Positions 57,500-64,000 of a stretch of DNA of 64,000 bases are shown here, piece by piece. How positions within the stretch are numbered: the first letter of the stretch is position 1; each line of letters begins with the position of its first letter. Origin of the DNA: the human T2T-CHM13v2.0 reference genome, Homo sapiens. The stretch lies in NCBI RefSeq assembly GCF_009914755.1, contig NC_060929.1; one strand, 5' to 3'. The notes under the pieces were generated by a model that saw only the letters and a program-made list of their open reading frames with translations, ran no database searches and was not told where the DNA came from. The translations under genes were made by a program, and so were the position numbers.

Positions 57500-60400
57500 G
57501 TTTATTACTTAACATTTTGTTTTGAAGAATTACAGATTTTCAGAAAAAAAATTATTTTAAAACTACAAAAGTTGCTATATACCTAGATTCCCTGGAGGTA
57601 CATACATGTTTTTCTGAAGTGCTTGAGATTAAGTTGTAGATATATTTTTTAACCCTGAATTCTTTAGTGTATATTTCCTAAAAACAAGGACATAGGCTTA
57701 TATAACCACAATACAATTATCAAAATCAGGAAATTAACAGATACAATACTATCATCTAATCCATAGGCCTTATTCAAATTTTATTAGTTTTCCCAATAAT
57801 ATCTTTTCCAGAAAAATATTTTTTCTGGTTCAGAATCCAATACAGCATCACACAGGCATTTAGTTGTCATGTTCCTCTAGTCTCATTCAATCTGGAGCAA
57901 TTTATCAGTCTTTTTCTTTCTTAACCCTGATATTTTTGAAGGGTATAGGCTATTTGTTTTATGTAACATCCCTCAATTGTAGTTTGTCATGACTAGATTC
58001 GGGCCACACATTTTTGGTCAGAAATACCACAGAAATGATTTTCTGTCCTTCTCAGTGAGTTATATCAGGAGGCACATGTATGTTTGTCTCATTACAAGTG
58101 ATGTTATCTTTGATCATTTGATTGTGTTGTCTGCCAGGTTGTCCACTGTAAAGAATGTCTGTTCCTTAATAGTTCGGTAAAATTCCCCTAGAAACATAGC
58201 ATTTTTTCTAATGGATGGAATGGTAACTATTTCAAAACTTCCATTACTCCCCAAATTTCCTTAAGCTGGCCTTTTGTAATCACTCCATTTCCCAATTCCT
58301 AACCCCGGACAACCACTGATCTGTTCTCTGTCCCTACAGTTTTGCTTCTTCAGAATGCCATATAAATGAAAACATAAAGTATGTAACATTTTGAGACTGG
58401 CTTCTTTCACTCAGTCTAATGCATTTGAGATTTGCCTATATTGTTGCCTGTATCAATAGTCTGTTCCTTTTAATGGCTGAATAATATTCTGTTGGATAGC
58501 TGTACCAGTTTGTTTATCCATTCACCTGTTAAAGATCATTTGGGTCGTTTCCAGCTTGAGGTGATTATGAGTAGAGCTGCTATAAACATCTGTGTAAAGA
58601 GTTTTGTGTGAGCACAGTATTTATATCTAGGGTAAATACCCTCGGAGTGAATTGCTTGGTTTTAATTGATAGTGTATGTTTTACTTTATAAGAAACTGTC
58701 AAACTATTTTTCAGTGGCTGTACCATTTTACACTCCCACCAGGAATGTAGGAGACTCCCAGTTACTCCACACACTTGCTGGTGTTTGCTATCACCAGATT
58801 TTTTCTGCTTTTAATTTTAGTCATTCCAGTGGGTATGTTGGTGTATCTCATCACAGTTTTAATTTATATTTTCTTGATGGCTAATGATGTTGAACATCTT
58901 TTCATGTGCTTACTGCCATGTGTATATGCTTGTTAAACAAGTGTCTGTTCAAATGTTTTGTCCATGCTTTTATTGGGTTATTTGTTTCCTGTTTCCTTCT
59001 ATTGAGTTCAGAATATCCTTTCTATATTCTGGATATAAGTTGTTTGTCAAATAAGTGTCTTGAAAATGTTTTCCGCCAGTCTGTGGCTTTTCTTCTCATT
59101 CTCGTAACAGTTTATTTCACTTAGAAAAGTTTTAAATTAACCCCATCAAAGAATGGGCAAAGGATATGAACAGACACTTCTCAAAAGAAGACATTTATGC
59201 AGCCAACAGACACATGAAAAAATGCTCATCATCCCTGGTCATCAGAGAAATGCAAAACAAAACCACAATGAGATACCATCTCACACCAGTTAGAATGCCT
59301 ATCATTAAAAAGTCAGGAAACAACAGGTGCTGGAGAGGATGTGGAGAAATAGGAATGCTTTTACACTGTTGGTGGGAGTGTAAACCAGTTCAACCATTGT
59401 GGAAGACAGTGTGGCATTTCCTCAAGGATCTAGAACTAGAAATACCATTTGACCCAGCCATCCCATTACTGGGTATATACCCTAAGGATTATAAGTCATG
59501 CTACCATAAAGACACATGCACATGTATGTTTATTGCAGCACTATTCACAATAGCAAAGACTTGGAACCAACCCAAATGTCCATCAGTGATAGACTAGATT
59601 AAGAAAATGTGGCACTTATACACCATGGAATACTATGAGCCATAAAAAAGGATGAGTTCATGTCCTTTACAGGGGCATGGATGAAGCTGGAAACCATCAT
59701 TCTGAGCAAACTATCTCAAGGACAGAAAACCAAACACCACATGTTCTCACTCATAGGTGGGAACTGAACAATGAGAACACTTGGACACAGGGCAGGGAAC
59801 ATCACACACAGGGGCCTGTCATGGGGTTGGGGGGTTGGGGAGGGATAACATTAGGAGAAATACCTAATGTAAATGACGAGTTAATGGGTGCAGCAAACCA
59901 ACATGGCACATGTATACATATGTAACAAACCTGCATGTTGTGCACATGTACCCTAGAACTTAAAGTATAAAAAAAAGTTTTAAATTTTGATTAAGATCAA
60001 TTTATCATTTTGTTTCATAGATTATGCTTTTTGTGTCATGTCTAAAACTTATTTGCTTAACCTAAAGTCATATAGATCTTCTCCTATGTTTTCTTTTAAA
60101 GTTGTTAGAGTTTTTATATTTTACATTTATATTTATAATTTATTTTGAGATAATTTGTGAATAAGACATGAGGTTTAGATCAAGCTTCATATTTCTGCAA
60201 ATGAATATCCAATGGTTCTGATGCCATTTGCTGAAAAACTATCCTCCATTGAATTCCTTTTGCATTTTTATCAAAAATTAATTGGCCATATTGATTGTTT
60301 TTTAAGCTCTCTATTCCAAACACTGTTTCTGAACCCTCTACTCTGTTTCATTGATCTATGTGAGTATGCCCTCACCAATACCATACTGTTTGATTATTAT

Positions 60401-62400
60401 AGTTTTATAGTTAATCTTAAAATGCAACTTCATTCTTCTTTGTCAAAATGTTTCTGGCTATTCTAGATTCTTCTTCTTGCCATATACATTTTATAATAAG
60501 TATGTCTATATCTATAAAAAATCCTGTTGCAATTTTGATTGGACCAGCATTAAATTCATAGATCAATATACAGAGAAATGTATTAACTCTATTGAAGGTT
60601 CCAATCCATGAGCAGGGCATGTCTCTCCATTTATTTCTGTCTTTCTGCATTTTGCATTATCATTGCTCATTGCTAGTATATAAAAATATAATTGATTTTC
60701 ATGTTCATGTGCTGACTTTGAATCTGTAAACTTGATAAGTTCACTTACATAGTTCTAGCAGGTTTTATTTCTTCCTTTCTAACCTATATGCCTGTATTTC
60801 TCTATCCTGCTTTAATCCACTATTAAAAGAGAGAAGGAGAATGGACATTCTTGCCTTATCCCTAATCTTAGAGGAAAGCATTCAGTCATTAAGTATGATG
60901 TTATCTGCCCCTTATCAGGATAAGGAAGTTCCCTTCTGTTTCTACCTCACTAAGAGTTTTTATCACAAACGATGATGTATTTTTTTCAAATGTTTTTTCT
61001 GCATCAATCAAAATAATCATATAGAGTTTTTTTTCCTTACTCAATTGATATGGTGAATTACATTGATCGGGTTCAACTACTGAACTAGTCTTTCATCACA
61101 GCAATAAACCCCACTTACTCATGGTATATTATTCATTTCATATGCTGCTGAGTTCTTTTTTTTATGTTTTCTTGAGAACTTTTACCACAATGTTCATGAA
61201 TGATATTGGCCCATAGTTTTCTTTTCCCATATTATCTTTGTCTGGTTTTGGAATCAGGATGATTTAAAACTCACAAAATGAGTTGGGAAGTTTCCTTCCT
61301 CTTCTCTTTTCTGGAAGAAGTTACGTAAAATTGGCATTATTTCTTTTGTAAATGCTTTGTAGGACTCGCCAGTGAGATTGTCTGGACCTGAAAATTTCTT
61401 TCTTGGAAGGATTTTCACTACAAATTCAATTTTGAAAATAGATTTAGGACAATTCAGGTTATCTACTTTTTTCTTTGGTGACTTTTGGTAGTTTGTGTCT
61501 TTCAACAAATTTATTTTATATAAATTGCCAAATGTATGTACATACAATTGTTCCTAGTATTCTCTTGTTGCCTTTTAATCTGTATGGAATCTATGGTAAT
61601 ATCCACCCCCATCCCATTTTGTGATCTTATTTTTGCTCCAGTTGTTTTCTTTTTTTAAATTTCTATTGTAACTTCTTAGGGTGGTAGCTTAGTTTGTGTT
61701 TACCCCTTCTCACTTATTAATATAAGTCTTTTAAACCATGAATTTTCCCCTGAACACCATCTATAGGTACTTATAGTAGAATTCATTTATCATTTCCTTC
61801 ATATAATCTAATTTTGGTTGAAATTTTTTCTTTGCCCTGACTTAAAAGAGTTTTGTTTGTTTGTTTACTTTGAAGAGATGAGGGTTTTTTCTGATTTTAT
61901 CTTTAATTCCTACTTCTACTGCATTAAAATTAGGAAATTTTCCTGTACCATATCTACCTCTGGAAATGTATTGGGACTTTCTTTGTGGACTAATATGTGG
62001 TCAAATTTTGCACTTCTTCCATAGGTACATGTTTTAAAAGGAACTCTGTTCTTTATTTTCAAGGTAAAAAGTTTCCTTTGTGCTAACTACATCTACATTA
62101 CTAATTGATTATACTGTTTAGATCTACTTGGTTTGTAATTGACTAAGAAAGTTGAATTAAAGTTCTTAATCTTACTATATATCTGTTATGTATCTGTTTT
62201 TTTCTTTAGGTAATTCTTGTAGTTTTCACTTTAATTAACGCTGATACTTTTATTTAGTTCTTCATTGAGAACTATACTCTTTGTCCATTTTTTGTTTCTC
62301 AGCTTACTGAATCCCTCAATTTCATACATGTGTCTTACAAATACCATAATACTAGTTTTCGTTGGTGATCCATCCTGAATTTATTCTTTCATTCATAGGT
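57500..62400 (-). mobile_element. Old L1M fragments (3'UTR through ORF2)
   Basis: T-rich antisense L1 motifs; ORFs 60417 (NKWRDMPCSWIG) and 61254 (GPDNLTGESYKAF) are ORF2 remnants. Confidence 0.75.
59139..59972 (+). mobile_element. L1PA6/7-like 3' fragment
   Basis: ORF2 C-terminus (CWRGCGEIG...HCWWECK) and 3'UTR; TSD aaaagttttaaatt. Confidence 0.92.
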
Positions 62401-62403
62401 AAG

Positions 62404-62865
62404 TGTATTACTTTCCTATTGGGCTGTAACAAATTAACACAGACTCAATGGCTTAAAACAACAGGAATGTATTATCTTACAGTTCTGGAGGTCAGAAGTC
62501 TGAAATATGTCTCACTAGGCTAAAACCAAAGTGCTGACCTGGCTGTGTTCCTTCTGGAGCTTCTAGGGGAGAATTTGTTTCCTTATTTTTTTCCAGCTTT
62601 CAGAGGCTGTCTACATTTCTTGACTTACAGTCCCTTTCTCCATCTTCAAAGCCAGCAATGGTGGGCTGAATCCTCCTCAGATTGCGTCACTCTGACCTTC
62701 TGTTCTAGAGTTAAATCTTCCCTCTGCCTCTTTAAGAAACCCTTGTGATGGCATCAGGCCCACAGATAATCCAGGGTAACCTCCTATTTAAGATTGGCTG
62801 ATTAACAACCTAAATTCCATCTGCAACCCTCACCATGTAACATAACAAATTCACAGCTACCAGGG
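62404..62865 (-). mobile_element. MLT1C-like MaLR LTR
   Basis: tgtattactttcctattgggctgtaacaaatt...ttacagttctggaggtcagaagtc. Confidence 0.75.
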
Positions 62866-62974
62866 AGCATTCCTCTATTTTCTTAGTCCTCTATGTTTTT
62901 ACTTATTTATTAGTTCTTTATTAGCAAATTTTAGTGAATTTTTAAAAATATTTATATTTGTACTTTAAATATGC

Positions 62975-63420
62975 CATGGTAAATTGGATTATTGTCTAAA
63001 ATTCCTCACTCCAGAGCAATATATTATTTCTACCCCATTGATGTTGGGCCTAGACATGTGACTTGCTTCGGCCAGTGAATTTTTTGCAGATGCAGCATGA
63101 GCAGAGGCATGAAATGTGCTTTACTGGTTGGCTTGGTTGCTTATGCTCTTGTGGTGTGCTATGAGAAGATTTCCTCTGGGTATCTGCTGCCCTTTCACCT
63201 GGATCCAGAGCTAATACAGGTGGATATCTAAACCCAGTCCATGGCCTGGAGCCAAGCCCAGATGGCCCACAGCCTCAGGCAGGGCTATCTGACAATATCA
63301 TTTCTAATCAGCCCAAACCTCGGTCAGACAAAGGACACATCAACAACAATGATGTTGTGATGTTCTGGTACACCACTAACTTCTTGAGGTTGGTTGTTAT
63401 ATAGCAAAACCTGGCTATAT
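62975..63420 (+). mobile_element. Old MLT1 LTR
   Basis: catgtgacttgcttcggccagtgaa...ggttgttatatagcaaaa. Confidence 0.55.
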
Positions 63421-63479
63421 GATTTGTATTGCGACTGCCTTTTTTTCCAGCTTCCAGGGGCTGGAAGTTTAAACGTTAT

Positions 63480-63945
63480 GTTTTTACTCTCAGCCATTAC
63501 ATGAAATCTTCAATATAATTTATTCCCCATCTATTTTTTGTTTTTACCTTTTCTTCCCCCAGTTTGGGTAAGGTCTATCATTTCTGTAATGTTTTACAAT
63601 ATATAACATTCACCTTCTCTCCTGCCAATTGAATACCCTCATTAATATCTCTTAGTTCTTCCATCAAATATGTATAATGCTCACTGCCAGTCCTTGTATA
63701 TAGTTTCTCAAAAAATGTTTGGTTGGTTGAAGTTTGTCATTTTTATTTTCCTCAAGGAAGGCTCATGGGAACACATTCTCTGAGCTCTTGTGTTTTTAAA
63801 ATTGTATTTTTTTAACCTTTCTATTTAAAGAACTTTTTCACTGGGTATAAAATCATTGATTCATACTCTCTTTCCTTAAATATTAAGTGTTGTTCTACTG
63901 TCGTTTAGAATTGAATGTTGTTCTGGAAAAATCTGAAGCCAGCTG
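63480..63945 (-). mobile_element. Old L1M ORF1-region fragment
   Basis: ctgggtataaaatcattgatt...aaatctgaagccag antisense motif. Confidence 0.45.
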
Positions 63946-64000
63946 GGGACAAAGGAAATAAAGTCCTATATAAGATCTAATACTAGGAATCTTTATATTC

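Overview
Primate (hominoid, probably human or great ape) genomic DNA, judged from AluY and an L1PA2-type LINE. The window is repeat-rich intergenic or intronic sequence, and I could not recognise any host protein-coding exon. Every ORF I could assign to a protein family comes from a mobile element: L1 ORF0/ORF1/ORF2, an ERV gag/env remnant, a hAT dimerisation domain and a Tigger HTH. Main elements: (1) a full-length but dead L1PA2-type element (47541-53570) with a 17-bp TSD; (2) a 1.25-kb internally deleted HERV-S/LTR18-type provirus (13706-14953) with a tRNA-Ser PBS, a gag start joined to the env TM region, and two LTRs about 12% divergent; (3) an internally deleted Charlie3/MER1 transposon with TIRs and an 8-bp TSD; (4) about 15 Alus/FLAMs; (5) many old L1M, L2, MIR, MaLR, ERVL and MER fragments, often nested. 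The least explained signal is a ~230-bp poly(A)-tailed, TSD-flanked insertion (13178-13408) that matches no repeat I know and looks like CpG-decayed promoter sequence read antisense. Other items worth checking are a TATA box plus short exon plus donor (32575-32656), a probable short L1 3' transduction, a (GGAA)14 tract, a G-rich VNTR and several palindromes. Subfamily names come from recalled diagnostic motifs rather than a database search, and the boundaries of old repeats are approximate. I do not see a convincing wholly new biological system here.
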